Sequence record: MZ234011.1
DNA: 40,482 nucleotides
Strand: one strand, 5' to 3'
DNA from: Escherichia phage vB_EcoP-22664UKE3-2
Shown here: one piece after another, positions 1 to 9,747 of the stretch
Layout of the letters: each line of letters opens with the position of its first letter
How positions within the stretch are numbered: position 1 is the first letter of the stretch
The notes under the pieces: model-generated
What the model was told of the DNA's origin: nothing
Databases searched by the model: none
What the model saw: the letters and a program-made list of their open reading frames with translations, nothing else
Translations under genes and position numbers: made by a program

Positions 1-3000
1 ATGCAGGAACGAGAGGAGCGCTCTACGTGGTTCGGTTTCGGTGCGGCTACAGAAGCTGAAGTGAAGAACTCTATGGTCGGCGTGGCTATCCGCGCTGGTC
101 AGACCGAGGACTCACTTGATGTCATTGGCGATGTGTTCAACCCGACCCGCTGGAACAACCATAAGTGGTCTCGTGAGGAGCTAGACCAGATTCGTAACGC
201 TGGGGTTTTGCCTCAGTATTACGGAGTCATTACTGGTGGCTCTCCTCAGAACCTGACCGAGCTTATTAACTTGGCGCTTGAGAACCAGAAGTTGGACCAA
301 GAGAAGGCCAAGGCTGGGACTGGTGCTCAACTGGCGGCTGGTGTGATTGGTGCTGGCGTGGACCCTCTGACCTACGTTCCTATTGCTGGGCAGGTAGGTA
401 AAGGTGGTAAGCTAGTCAACAAGATGTTCACTGTGGCTGCTCAGTCTGGTGCTCTGGCTGGGGCATCCGAGATTGCTCGAACCTCAGTTGCTGGTGGGGA
501 CGCTCATGTTGCTGAAGCTATCCTTGGTGGCGCTCTCTTCGGTGGTGGCATGACTGCTATCGCTGATGGACTAGGCAGAGCCTTAGGTCGCAACACTAAT
601 GAGTTTGCTGGTCCAGCTACACGTTTGGAAGCTCGTGAGACAGCTCGTAACGTTGATGGTCAGGACCTGTCCCGTCTCCCTATTCAGGAAGGTGAGCAGA
701 CCTTTAGTCATCAAGGCGTTAAGTTCGCTGACGTTCCGAATGAGCCGGGAAGTGTACGATTAGAAGACGGTTCAATCCTGATTGGTGAGAACCCTCTGAA
801 CCCTAAGACACGTCAAGTCTTTGACGAAGTGATTGAGCCGGAACGTGCCGCTGCTGGTGTGAACCTTGGTGGACTTACCGAGATTGGCCTGAAGCTGCTT
901 CGGTCTGAGAACCCTGAGATTCGTGGAGTAGCTGCTGACTTAGTGCGTTCACCTACTGGTATGCAGTCTGGGGCCTCAGGTAAAATCGGGACAACTGCGT
1001 CAGACGTGTTCGAGAGACTTCGTTCTGTGGACCATCGGTTCTACAACGACATCGACGATGCGGTTACTGAGGCACTAAAGGACCCGTACTTCCAGACTGC
1101 ATTCTGGCGAGACTCTGGCGCATTCCGTCAGGACATCTACCAGCGTGTGTCTATGGCTATCGAAGATGGTAGCGGAAACCTGAAGGCTGAACTGACTCCG
1201 GGAGAACTGAAAGTCTATGACCTACTGAAGAACCAGTTCGACGCCAAGCGTGAGATGATGGAGAACCCAGCGATGTTTGGTCGTCCAGACGCTCAGTCTA
1301 TCTTTCCGGGTAGCCGCTTCAAGGGAACCTACGTCCCTCATGTGTATAGCAAACAGATGAAGGAGCTGTACATCAAGGAGCTTGGGAGTCCAGAGGCGTT
1401 GCAGGAGGCCATCAAGAAGTCATGGTTGACCAGCTATGCGTCTCGACCTGAAGTCAAGAAACGCGTGGACGAGGCACTTTTAGAGGCTGACCCTACGTTG
1501 ACTCCAGAAGGACTTGCGGCTGCGGTCGATAAGTACGCCAACGATAAGGCTTATGGTATCTCTCACACCGAGCAGTTCGAGCGTTCATCCGTAATGGAGG
1601 AGAACATCAACGGGCTGGTGGGTCTGGAGAACAACAGCTTCCTTGAGGCTCGTAACCTGTTCGATAGCGATATGTCAATCGTTCTTCCTAACGGTCAGAC
1701 CTTCAGTGTCAACAACCTGCGTGAGTGGGACATGGACAAGATTGTCCCGGCCTACAACCGTCGAGTTAATGGTGATATTGCTATCATGGCTGGTACAGGC
1801 AAGACCACGAAGGAAATGAAGGACTTAGTTGAGACCATGATGAACAAGGCTGGCGATGACGGAAAGTTGAAAGGTGAAGTATCTACCTTACGTGACACCC
1901 TGAAGATTCTCACTGGTCGTGCTCGACGTGATGGTGCTGATGATGCGGCCTTCGCTACCGTGATGCGCATGATGACAGACCTATCGTTCTTCGCTAAGAA
2001 TGCCTACATGGGTGTTCAGAACTTAACGGAGATTGGTGGTATGCTGGCTCGTGGTAACGTTCGTGCACTGCTACACGGAGTACCGATGTTCCGTGACCTA
2101 GCCTTCCGTAACAAGAAGGTCGGGGCCTCGGAGATTAAGGACCTGCATAATGTTATCTTCGGTAAAGAATTAGACGACTCAATCCGTCCGTCTAAACAGG
2201 ATGTTATCGACCGTCTGCGATCTTACAGTGACCTTAGTCGTGGTACAGCTACAGCTCTGGGGACTGCTAAGTATTACACTGGTGAACTTGTAGTACGCTC
2301 TCCGTTCACTAAAGTCCTCAACGGTACGACCAACTACCTGTTAGATGCTGGACGTCAAGGCTTCCTGTCTGACATAGTGGAGCATAGCCTGACTGGTAGT
2401 AAGCGTAAGTTCGATGACCGCTGGCTGAAGACCGCTGGTATATCTGACGAGCAGTGGAGTGGAATTAAGTCCCTAATCCGTGAGTCAGTGACTCGTGGGC
2501 CAGACGGGAAGTACACCATCAAGGATAAGAAGGCGTTCAGTCAGGACCCAAGGGCTATGGACCTGTGGCGTATGGGTGACACCATCGCTGACGAGACGTT
2601 ACTCCGGCCTCATAAGCTGTCAAACATGGACGCCAAGGCTTATGGTCCTCTCGCTAAGACTGTCCTTCAGTTTAAGAACTTCGTCATCAAGTCTATCAAT
2701 GGGAGAACCATGCGAACCTTCTATAACGCCACGAAGAACAACAGAGCGATTGACGCTGCACTGTCGACCGTGATGTCTATGGGTCTGGCTGGTATCTACT
2801 ACATGGCTCAGGCGCATGTCAAGGCTTATGCTATGCAGGATGGTCGAGACCGTGACTACCTTAAGCAAGCTCTGGACCCAACGATGATTGGCTATGCGGC
2901 CCTGTCCCGTAGTTCACATCTTGGTGGCCCACTTGGGGTAGCTAACATTCTGGGAGGCATCGCTGGATATGAGGACACTAAGATGCTCCGTTCGTCTATC

Positions 3001-3303
3001 CTACCTCGTTCTCCTACAGAGAAGCCTGAGCGTGCCATCGCGTATGGTGCAGCTACAAGTGACCCTGTGATGAATGTTGTTGGTAACTTCTTGGAGCAGG
3101 TTCCAGCTTTCGGATATGCTGCTAACGTTGGCGCTTCGGCTTACAACTTGGCTGGCTACCTCAAGGCTGATACTCGTGTCAACGAGCGTGACTACATGAC
3201 CGGGATGTATAATACGTTCCGTGAACTGGTTCCGAACGACCCCATTACCCAGAAGCTGCTGCTTGGAACGTTTGAGGAGCAAGGCATCCACATCAAGGAC
3301 TAA
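1..3303 (+). CDS. Internal virion protein D (T7 gp16), C-terminal 1100 aa; 5' part of the gene is at 39898..40482 (frame continuous across the window junction)
   Basis: Translation from base 1 (STWFGFGAATEAEV...TPTRWNNHKWSREELDQIR) aligns with an internal region of T7 gp16 as I recall it; combined length about 1295 aa matches gp16; position after gp15 and before the tail fibre. Confidence 0.9.
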   Translation: MQEREERSTWFGFGAATEAEVKNSMVGVAIRAGQTEDSLDVIGDVFNPTRWNNHKWSREELDQIRNAGVLPQYYGVITGGSPQNLTELINLALENQKLDQEKAKAGTGAQLAAGVIGAGVDPLTYVPIAGQVGKGGKLVNKMFTVAAQSGALAGASEIARTSVAGGDAHVAEAILGGALFGGGMTAIADGLGRALGRNTNEFAGPATRLEARETARNVDGQDLSRLPIQEGEQTFSHQGVKFADVPNEPGSVRLEDGSILIGENPLNPKTRQVFDEVIEPERAAAGVNLGGLTEIGLKLLRSENPEIRGVAADLVRSPTGMQSGASGKIGTTASDVFERLRSVDHRFYNDIDDAVTEALKDPYFQTAFWRDSGAFRQDIYQRVSMAIEDGSGNLKAELTPGELKVYDLLKNQFDAKREMMENPAMFGRPDAQSIFPGSRFKGTYVPHVYSKQMKELYIKELGSPEALQEAIKKSWLTSYASRPEVKKRVDEALLEADPTLTPEGLAAAVDKYANDKAYGISHTEQFERSSVMEENINGLVGLENNSFLEARNLFDSDMSIVLPNGQTFSVNNLREWDMDKIVPAYNRRVNGDIAIMAGTGKTTKEMKDLVETMMNKAGDDGKLKGEVSTLRDTLKILTGRARRDGADDAAFATVMRMMTDLSFFAKNAYMGVQNLTEIGGMLARGNVRALLHGVPMFRDLAFRNKKVGASEIKDLHNVIFGKELDDSIRPSKQDVIDRLRSYSDLSRGTATALGTAKYYTGELVVRSPFTKVLNGTTNYLLDAGRQGFLSDIVEHSLTGSKRKFDDRWLKTAGISDEQWSGIKSLIRESVTRGPDGKYTIKDKKAFSQDPRAMDLWRMGDTIADETLLRPHKLSNMDAKAYGPLAKTVLQFKNFVIKSINGRTMRTFYNATKNNRAIDAALSTVMSMGLAGIYYMAQAHVKAYAMQDGRDRDYLKQALDPTMIGYAALSRSSHLGGPLGVANILGGIAGYEDTKMLRSSILPRSPTEKPERAIAYGAATSDPVMNVVGNFLEQVPAFGYAANVGASAYNLAGYLKADTRVNERDYMTGMYNTFRELVPNDPITQKLLLGTFEEQGIHIKD

Positions 3304-3321
3304 ACTATCACTATAGGAAAC
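3299..3321 (+). promoter_or_regulatory. Phage RNAP promoter upstream of tail fibre gene (TAAACTATCACTATAGGAAA), predicted +1 near 3316
   Basis: Matches the window's recurrent 20-bp T7-type promoter core; overlaps the gp16 stop codon. Confidence 0.6.
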
Positions 3322-3367
3322 TGGAGGCGCTACCATAGGTCTCCATTTAAATCACAAAGGAGGCATA

Positions 3368-5899
3368 ATGTCCACGATTACACAATTCCCTTCAGGAAAC
3401 ACTCAGTACAGGATTGAGTTCGACTACCTAGCCAGAACGTTTGTTGTTGTTACGCTGGTGAATAGCTCTAACCCTACCCTGAACCGTGTACTGGAAGTTG
3501 GTCGAGATTACCGATTCCTTAATCCAACGATGATTGAGATGTTGGTTGACCAATCAGGTTTCGACATAGTTCGTATTCACCGTCAGACTGGAACTGACTT
3601 AGTGGTAGATTTCAGGAATGGCTCAGTGTTGACAGCTAGTGACCTGACCAATTCAGAGCTTCAGGCTATCCATATTGCAGAAGAAGGTCGAGACCAAACG
3701 GTTGACTTAGCGAAGGAATATGCCGATGCTGCTGGTAGCTCTGCTGGCAACGCTAAGGATAGCGAGGACGAAGCACGCCGAATCGCTGCGAGTATCAGGG
3801 AAGCTGGTCTAATTGGCTATATTACCCGTCGCTCCTTCGAGAAAGGCTACAACGTTACAACATGGAGCGAGGTCCTGCTATGGGAAGAGGATGGTGATTA
3901 TTACCGCTGGGATGGTACGCTTCCAAAGAACGTTCCTGCTGGTTCAACTCCTGAAACTTCCGGTGGGATTGGATTAGGTGCGTGGGTTAGTGTTGGTGAT
4001 GCTGCTTTAAGAAGTCAGATTTCAAACCCGGAAGGGGCAATACTCTACCCGGAATTGCAGATGGCAAGATGGCGTGATGAGGGTGATGTTCGAGGCTGGG
4101 GTGCTAAAGGGGATGGTGTAACAGATAGTACGGAGAATATAGCTGCTTCACTAAATTCTCAAAAAGCTGTCGTAGCATCAGAAGGTGTATTCTCTAGTTC
4201 TGGTATTAATAGTAATTACTGTAACTTAGACGGTAGAGGTAGTGGCGTGCTAAGTCACCGTTCCAGTACAGGTAACTACTTAGTATTTAACAATCCACGT
4301 ACAGGTCGCTTAAGTAATATTACGGTAGAAAGTAATAAGGCGACTGATACAACTCAGGGACATCAGGTATCTCTTGCCGGTGGAAGTGATGTTACTGTAA
4401 GTGACGTTAACTTCTCAAACGTTAAAGGTACTGGTTTCAGTTTAATCGCATACCCTAATGATGCGCCACCTGATGGACTTATGATTAAAGGCATTCGAGG
4501 TAGCTATTCCGGATATGCTACTAATAAGGTAGCAGGATGCGTACTTGCTGACTCATCAGTTAACTCCCTCATAGATAACGTCATTGCTAAGAACTACCCT
4601 CAGTTCGGAGCAGTAGAGTTGAAAGGTACAGCCCGTTACAACATAGTAAGTAATGTTATAGGGGCAGATTGCCAGCATGTAACTTACAACGGCACTGAAG
4701 GGCCAATAGCTCCTTCTAATAACCTTATCAAGGGGGTGATGGCTAATAACCCTAAGTATGCAGCGGTTGTTGCAGGCAAAGGAAGTACGAACTTAATCTC
4801 AGACGTGCTCGTAGATTACTCAACTTCTGATGCTAGGCAGGCTCATGGTGTTACCGTAGAAGGGTCTGATAACGTCATAAATAATGTGCTTATGTCAGGA
4901 TGTGATGCTACTAACTCTTTAGAACAAGGGCAGACTGCTACAATTGCACGCTTTATAGGTACAGCTAATAACAACTATGCGTCTGTATTTCCTAGCTACA
5001 GTGCTACAGGTGTTATTACTTTCGAATCCGGCTCTACCCGTAACTTCGTAGAGGTAAAGCACCCTGGAAGGAGGAACGACCTTCTCAGTTCTGCTAGTAC
5101 TATTGACGGTGCAGCTACTATTGACGGCACTAATAATAGTAACGTAGTGCACGCACCCGCCTTAGGGCAGTACATAGGTAGTATGTCAGGTAGGTTCGAA
5201 TGGCGGATTAAGTCCATGTCACTCCCTTCAGGCGTTCTTACTTCTGCTGATAAGTACAGAATGCTTGGGGATGGTGCTGTGTCATTAGCTGTAGGTGGTG
5301 GTGCATCTTCTCAAGTTCGACTATTTACTTCTGATGGTACTTCTCGGGGAGTATCACTCACCAACGGTAACGTGCGTCTTCCTACCAGTAGCACAGGTTA
5401 TTTGCAGTTAGGTTCTGATGCAATGACCCCAGATAGTACTAATACATACGCATTAGGTTCCGCAAGTAGAGCATGGTCTGGCGGTTTTACTCAATCAGCC
5501 TTCACTGTTGTCTCAGATGCTAGGGATAAAACAGAGCCTCTTAATATCTCAGATGCTTTACTGGATGCTTGGTCTGAAGTTGACTTTGTGCAGTTTCAGT
5601 ACTTGGACCGAATTGAGGAGAAGGGTGCAGACTCAGCTAGATGGCACTTCGGCATCATCGCTCAGCGAGCTAAGGAGGCCTTCGAACGTCACGGTATAGA
5701 TGCACATCGCTATGGCTTCCTGTGCTTCGACAATTGGGATGATGTATACGAGGAAGATGCCAATGGCTCTCGTAAACTGATTACACCAGCAGGTTCCCGC
5801 TACGGTATTCGTTACGAGGAAGTACTGATATTAGAGGCTGCGTTGATGCGGCGTACTATTAAGCGTATGCAGGAAGCATTAGCTGTTATGTCTAAGTGA
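3368..5899 (+). CDS. Tail fibre / tailspike (gp17-like): T7-type N-terminal adaptor + pectate-lyase-like beta-helix + C-terminal intramolecular chaperone (peptidase S74-like)
   Basis: N-terminal ~150 aa (YRIEFDYLARTFVVVTL...VDFRNGSVLTASDL...IHIAEEGRD) resembles the T7 gp17 N-domain; WGAKGDGVTDSTENIAA is a pectate-lyase-superfamily motif; C-terminus has SDARDK (Ser/Lys at i, i+5) followed by a chaperone-like domain; RBS AAGGAGG upstream. Confidence 0.85.
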   Translation: MSTITQFPSGNTQYRIEFDYLARTFVVVTLVNSSNPTLNRVLEVGRDYRFLNPTMIEMLVDQSGFDIVRIHRQTGTDLVVDFRNGSVLTASDLTNSELQAIHIAEEGRDQTVDLAKEYADAAGSSAGNAKDSEDEARRIAASIREAGLIGYITRRSFEKGYNVTTWSEVLLWEEDGDYYRWDGTLPKNVPAGSTPETSGGIGLGAWVSVGDAALRSQISNPEGAILYPELQMARWRDEGDVRGWGAKGDGVTDSTENIAASLNSQKAVVASEGVFSSSGINSNYCNLDGRGSGVLSHRSSTGNYLVFNNPRTGRLSNITVESNKATDTTQGHQVSLAGGSDVTVSDVNFSNVKGTGFSLIAYPNDAPPDGLMIKGIRGSYSGYATNKVAGCVLADSSVNSLIDNVIAKNYPQFGAVELKGTARYNIVSNVIGADCQHVTYNGTEGPIAPSNNLIKGVMANNPKYAAVVAGKGSTNLISDVLVDYSTSDARQAHGVTVEGSDNVINNVLMSGCDATNSLEQGQTATIARFIGTANNNYASVFPSYSATGVITFESGSTRNFVEVKHPGRRNDLLSSASTIDGAATIDGTNNSNVVHAPALGQYIGSMSGRFEWRIKSMSLPSGVLTSADKYRMLGDGAVSLAVGGGASSQVRLFTSDGTSRGVSLTNGNVRLPTSSTGYLQLGSDAMTPDSTNTYALGSASRAWSGGFTQSAFTVVSDARDKTEPLNISDALLDAWSEVDFVQFQYLDRIEEKGADSARWHFGIIAQRAKEAFERHGIDAHRYGFLCFDNWDDVYEEDANGSRKLITPAGSRYGIRYEEVLILEAALMRRTIKRMQEALAVMSK

Positions 5900-6082
5900 G
5901 TAATACTGGAAAGAATCGAAGCCAGACTTTCTGCTCTTGAACAGAAGTAATAAACAAACCATTTTGCCATTAAGTTGGTGGGGTAGATGTTAGAAGGTTG
6001 GTGTGGTATAGACTAACTACACGCTGACCAACGTAGGTAACAACTTTGGGTCACGGACGACCCGCTTTAAACTGGAGGTTTT

Positions 6083-6277
6083 ATGATTGAGTTAGACTTC
6101 AAGAATGAGGTCCTTAAAGCCTCTCCTATCGTCGGGACCGCTGCGGCTGATGGTGCCAGTCGGTTCTTCTTCGGACTTACACTGAACGAATGGTTCTACG
6201 TTGCAGCTATCGCGTACACCGTTGTCCAGATTGGTGTGCTAGTCTACAAAACGATTAAAGGAGGTGGTAAAACATGA
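6083..6277 (+). CDS. Holin (T7 gp17.5-like, class II)
   Basis: MIELDFKNEVLKASPIVGT...FFFGLTLNEWFYVAAIAYTVVQIG closely matches T7 gp17.5 as I recall it; RBS GGAGG upstream. Confidence 0.85.
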   Translation: MIELDFKNEVLKASPIVGTAAADGASRFFFGLTLNEWFYVAAIAYTVVQIGVLVYKTIKGGGKT

Positions 6278-6537
6278 CGCAGATGGACTTAGAGAAGTTC
6301 CTCTTGATGCTGGATACAGAACGTGCTCGACTCATGCTGCAAGACTTGCGGGATGACACTAAGCGTTCACCTCAGCTCTACAACGCCATTGAGAAACTGC
6401 TTGCTCGACACAACTTTGTGTTAAGCAAGGTGTCTGTGGACGAGAAGACGCTGGCGGATATGGAGGCCTTGAACGCAGAGTATGATAAGGTGCTCTCCGC
6501 TACGGAAGATAATGACACTGGATACGGAGTACAGTAA
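6274..6537 (+). CDS. Terminase small subunit (T7 gp18-like)
   Basis: FLLMLDTERARLMLQDL...RSPQLYNAIEKLLARHNF resembles T7 gp18; start overlaps the holin stop (ATGA). Confidence 0.8.
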   Translation: MTQMDLEKFLLMLDTERARLMLQDLRDDTKRSPQLYNAIEKLLARHNFVLSKVSVDEKTLADMEALNAEYDKVLSATEDNDTGYGVQ

Positions 6538-6540
6538 GCG

Positions 6541-6586
6541 TTAGACTCAAGGTCATTACTATATGTAGTGGCCTTTATGGTTAACA
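6541..6586 (+). promoter_or_regulatory. Conserved RNA hairpin, family 2 (AGACTCAAGGTCAT...GTGGCCTTTATGGTTAAC); putative RNase III processing site before gene 18.5
   Basis: One of three copies of the same motif (also about 16553 and 23779); stem AAGGUCA/UGGCCUU requires a G-U pair so works only as RNA; position corresponds to T7 R18.5. Confidence 0.4.
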
Positions 6587-6638
6587 CTAACTAGTGGAGG
6601 AGACTCTACGTGAAATCCGATAAACCGGGAGGGCAACT

Positions 6639-7082
6639 ATGCTCGAATTTTTAAAGAGAGCGGCTCCGTGGTTACTTGCAGCAGTGATGTTTGCTGGTGG
6701 CTACCACACCGCTAACAATAAGTGGGAGGCTAAGGTAAATGCAGAATACACCTCGAATCTTAAGGCATCGGAGGATACAAGGCTTGCTGTCCAAGCTGAA
6801 GTCAACAAAGTGTCCAAACGGTTTCAGGACGAAATGTCCTCGCTGGAAGGCAGCACTGACAGGATTATTGCTGACCTTCAGTCTGACAATAAGCGGCTGC
6901 GCATCCGAGTCAAACCTACGAGTGGAACCACGCAAAGTGACGGTCGATGCGTCATTGATGGTTACGCCGAACTTGACGAACGAGATGCTAAACGTCTTAT
7001 CTCCATCGGACTGAAAGGGGACGCTTGGATTAAAGCACTACAGGATACTATCCGCAAACTTCAACAAGACAAGGAGAAATGA
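6639..7082 (+). CDS. Rz-like i-spanin (T7 gp18.5-like)
   Basis: MLEFLKRAAPWLLAAVMFAGGYH... with RIIADLQSDNKRLRIRVKPT and DERDAKRLISIGLKGDAWIKALQDTIRKLQ matching T7 gp18.5; N-terminal TM segment. Confidence 0.85.
   Translation: MLEFLKRAAPWLLAAVMFAGGYHTANNKWEAKVNAEYTSNLKASEDTRLAVQAEVNKVSKRFQDEMSSLEGSTDRIIADLQSDNKRLRIRVKPTSGTTQSDGRCVIDGYAELDERDAKRLISIGLKGDAWIKALQDTIRKLQQDKEK
6739..7014 (+). CDS. Rz1-like o-spanin lipoprotein embedded in +1 frame of Rz (T7 gp18.7-like)
   Basis: Embedded ORF with lipobox LTISGCAS and C-terminus VDASLMVTPNLTNEMLNVLS resembling T7 gp18.7; exact start uncertain. Confidence 0.7.
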   Translation: MQNTPRILRHRRIQGLLSKLKSTKCPNGFRTKCPRWKAALTGLLLTFSLTISGCASESNLRVEPRKVTVDASLMVTPNLTNEMLNVLSPSD

Positions 7083-7519
7083 TGCTCAGTGATTCGTATT
7101 TCTATGATGAGTCCAGTAAGTCTGGCCTGAAGTCCCTGCGTTCTGGTAAGGATGTGGGGTGTGTGGGAAACCACGGGTATTATCAGGTAGGAACTCGACG
7201 TCATGGACTCCTGCTGGCCCATAGAGTCGTCTGGGAGCTAACCAACGGTCCTATACCAGAAGGGATGGAGATTGACCATATCGACCGCTGCCGGACTAAC
7301 AACAGGCTGGACAACCTCCGGCTAGTTACTTCAAGCGAGAACTCCTGCAACACCTCAGGACATTCTGACTCAAAGACTGGAGTTAAGAACATATCGTTCC
7401 ATCAGAATGGCTACGCTATCGAGGTCATGCGTAAGGGGGTCCGTATGCGAACAACACGTCCTACTTTAGAGGAGGCTATCTCTGTCCGGGACCTAATGCT
7501 GGAGGGACTCTATGTCTAA
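7079..7519 (+). CDS. HNH homing endonuclease
   Basis: [56 protein letters not shown] is a typical HNH motif; sits between Rz and large terminase where T7 has no gene; overlaps terminase start. Confidence 0.75.
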   Translation: MMLSDSYFYDESSKSGLKSLRSGKDVGCVGNHGYYQVGTRRHGLLLAHRVVWELTNGPIPEGMEIDHIDRCRTNNRLDNLRLVTSSENSCNTSGHSDSKTGVKNISFHQNGYAIEVMRKGVRMRTTRPTLEEAISVRDLMLEGLYV

Positions 7520-9278
7520 GAAAACACCTGCTGAAAGACAGGCTGAAATGACCCAAAGGATGAGGGACGACTTCGTGTTCTTCATCTTCGTTCTCTGGAA
7601 AGCGCTGAGCCTTCCGGTTCCAACCAGATGTCAGATAGATATGTGTAAGAAGCTGGCTGCTGGCGATAACCGACGCTTCATCCTTCAGGCGTTCCGAGGT
7701 ATTGGCAAATCGTTTCTGACCTGTGGTTTCGTGGTCTGGAAGCTATGGAACAACCCAGACTTGAAGTTCATGATTGTGTCGGCCTCAAAGGAACGAGCCG
7801 ATGCAAACTCCATCTTTATCAAGCGAATCATCGACCTCATGCCTCAGCTTCAGGAACTCAAACCTAAGCAGGGACAGCGAGATGCTGTTATCAGCTTCGA
7901 CGTTGGGCCAGCCAAGCCTGACCACTCACCTTCTGTTAAGTCAGTTGGTATCACTGGTCAGTTGACTGGTAGTCGTGCTGACATACTGATTGCCGATGAC
8001 GTGGAGGTTCCGAACAACTCAGCGACTCAGGCTGCACGAGACCGTCTGTCAGAGCTTGTGAAAGAGTTTGACGCTATCCTGAAGCCGGGAGGTACGATCA
8101 TCTATCTGGGTACTCCTCAGAACGAGATGACCCTGTACCGTGAGCTGGAAGGTCGTGGGTACATCACTACTATCTGGCCCGCTCGTTATCCACGCGATAA
8201 GAAGGACTGGCAGTCTTACGGCGACCGTCTTGCACCGATGCTTCAGGCAGAGCTTGAAGAGGACCCTGAGGCCTTCTACTGGCGTCCGACCGATGAAGTT
8301 CGATTCGACGATACTGACCTGAAGGAACGTGAGCTGTCCTACGGTAAAGCTGGCTTCGCTCTACAGTTCATGCTTAACCCTAACCTGAGTGATGCCGAGA
8401 AGTATCCTCTGAAGCTCCGTGACCTTATCGTAGCAGACTTGGACCCAGCGTCCAGCCCAATGGTCTACCAATGGTTACCGAACCCTCAGAACAAGCGTGA
8501 GGACGTTCCTAACGTTGGACTCATGGGTGACTCGTACCACACGTATCAGACTGTAGGTTCTGCCTTCAGTTCGTACACCCAGAAGATTCTGGTCATAGAC
8601 CCTAGTGGTCGTGGTAAGGATGAAACTGGCTATGCGGTACTATACCAGCTCAACGGCTACATCTTCGCTATGGAAGTTGGTGGCATGCGTGGTGGTTATG
8701 AAGACTCTACGCTGGAAGCCTTGGCTAAGATTGGTCGTAAGTGGAGGGTCAACGAATACGTCATTGAGGGTAACTTCGGTGATGGTATGTACCTTGAGCT
8801 ATTCAAGCCTGTAGCGGCCCGTATCCATCCTGCGGCTGTAACTGAAGTGAAGAGTAAGGGTCAGAAAGAACTACGCATCTGTGACGTTCTGGAGCCTATC
8901 ATGGGGTCTCACAGACTTATCGTTAACGCTGCTGCTATCGTCCAAGACTACCAGACAGCCTCTGACAAGGATGGTGTTCGTAATCCTATCTACTCTCTAT
9001 TCTATCAGATGACACGTATCTCTCGTGAGCGTGGAGCCTTGGCACACGATGACCGACTTGATGCGCTGGCTATCGGTGTACAGTTCTTCGTTGAGTCGAT
9101 GGCTAAGGATGCCAACAAAGGCGAACGTGAAGTCACTGAGGAATGGCTGGAGGAACAGATGGAGAACCCACGGAAAGGCTTCGAGTCCATCCACACTGAG
9201 TTCTGGGACAATGGGGTCCGGGTAACTCACGATACGGACGACGAGCTTGGACTAGGGTCATACGTTACGTTCCACTAG
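7512..9278 (+). CDS. Terminase large subunit (T7 gp19-like)
   Basis: 588 aa, same size and position as T7 gp19; Walker A-like GIGKSF motif near the N-terminus. Confidence 0.95.
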   Translation: MSKKTPAERQAEMTQRMRDDFVFFIFVLWKALSLPVPTRCQIDMCKKLAAGDNRRFILQAFRGIGKSFLTCGFVVWKLWNNPDLKFMIVSASKERADANSIFIKRIIDLMPQLQELKPKQGQRDAVISFDVGPAKPDHSPSVKSVGITGQLTGSRADILIADDVEVPNNSATQAARDRLSELVKEFDAILKPGGTIIYLGTPQNEMTLYRELEGRGYITTIWPARYPRDKKDWQSYGDRLAPMLQAELEEDPEAFYWRPTDEVRFDDTDLKERELSYGKAGFALQFMLNPNLSDAEKYPLKLRDLIVADLDPASSPMVYQWLPNPQNKREDVPNVGLMGDSYHTYQTVGSAFSSYTQKILVIDPSGRGKDETGYAVLYQLNGYIFAMEVGGMRGGYEDSTLEALAKIGRKWRVNEYVIEGNFGDGMYLELFKPVAARIHPAAVTEVKSKGQKELRICDVLEPIMGSHRLIVNAAAIVQDYQTASDKDGVRNPIYSLFYQMTRISRERGALAHDDRLDALAIGVQFFVESMAKDANKGEREVTEEWLEEQMENPRKGFESIHTEFWDNGVRVTHDTDDELGLGSYVTFH

Positions 9279-9287
9279 CTGAATGAA

Positions 9288-9336
9288 TAACTATAGGCGA
9301 AAACTGAATTAATACGCGGTTAGTAACCTATAGTTA
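9288..9336 (+). promoter_or_regulatory. Inverted repeat TAACTATAGG ... CCTATAGTTA (10-bp arms, 29-nt spacer) downstream of terminase
   Basis: Arms are exact reverse complements; lies in the non-coding right-end region. Confidence 0.5.
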
Positions 9337-9372
9337 CTACCAGTCTAACCTACTGTTTTACAAGGAGTTTGG

Positions 9373-9395
9373 ACTTAACTATCACTATAGGGAAG
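9373..9395 (+). promoter_or_regulatory. Phage RNAP promoter (CTTAACTATCACTATAGGGAAGA), phiOR-like position after gene 19
   Basis: Full match to the promoter core; position corresponds to T7 phiOR. Confidence 0.6.
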
Positions 9396-9573
9396 ACCCC
9401 CGGTTACTTATAGTATTACTGTAGTGAATATACATATGCAGACTTTATGCAAGACCTTAGGAGGCAGACTCCGAGTTCTTACCTAAGGCTTGCACCGATG
9501 GAAGGAGGTGATATTAATCATAATCCCTCCAATACAGATAGTCACCGACCATAGATACAGGAGGTATGTAGCA

Positions 9574-9747
9574 TATGGCAAAGACCAAAGCTGTACTTAA
9601 AGCTCTGGCGACCAATCGAGCTACATACAGGTTTCTTGCTGCTGTTCTACTTGCTGCTGGCGTTACTGCTGGAAGTCAGTGGGTCGGGTGGGTCGGGTGG
9701 GTCGGGTGGGTCGAGACTCTCGTATGTACTCTGGTCTCTCAGTGTAA
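9574..9747 (+). CDS. Small Cys-rich ORF (57 aa) containing an in-frame tandem repeat (VGR x4); possible gene 19.5 analogue
   Basis: Manual translation MAKTKAVLKSSGDQSSYIQVSCCCSTCCWRYCWKSVGRVGRVGRVGRDSRMYSGLSV; RBS CAGGAGG about 10 nt upstream. May be non-coding. Confidence 0.25.
9681..9713 (+). repeat. Tandem repeat, 9-bp unit GGGTCGGGT x ~3.7
   Basis: Directly visible: gggtcgggtgggtcgggtgggtcgggtgggtcg. Confidence 0.85.

Noticed and set aside
2495-5699. Alternate-frame ORFs within gp16 and the tail fibre gene (2495..2773, 5508..5699 and similar)
   Set aside because: Embedded out of frame in strongly supported long genes without start signals; typical six-frame noise.
5900-6082. Small GGGTC/GACCC hairpin in the tail fibre-holin intergenic region as a terminator
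   Set aside because: Only a 5-bp stem and no following T tract; not supported as an intrinsic terminator.
9281-9300. AATAACTATAGGCGA as a possible additional phage promoter
   Set aside because: Lacks the conserved ATCAC segment of the promoter core; better explained as one arm of the 9288/9327 inverted repeat.
9681-9713. GGGTCGGGT tandem repeat as a CRISPR array
   Set aside because: Units are contiguous with no spacers and only 9 bp long; no cas genes anywhere in the window.
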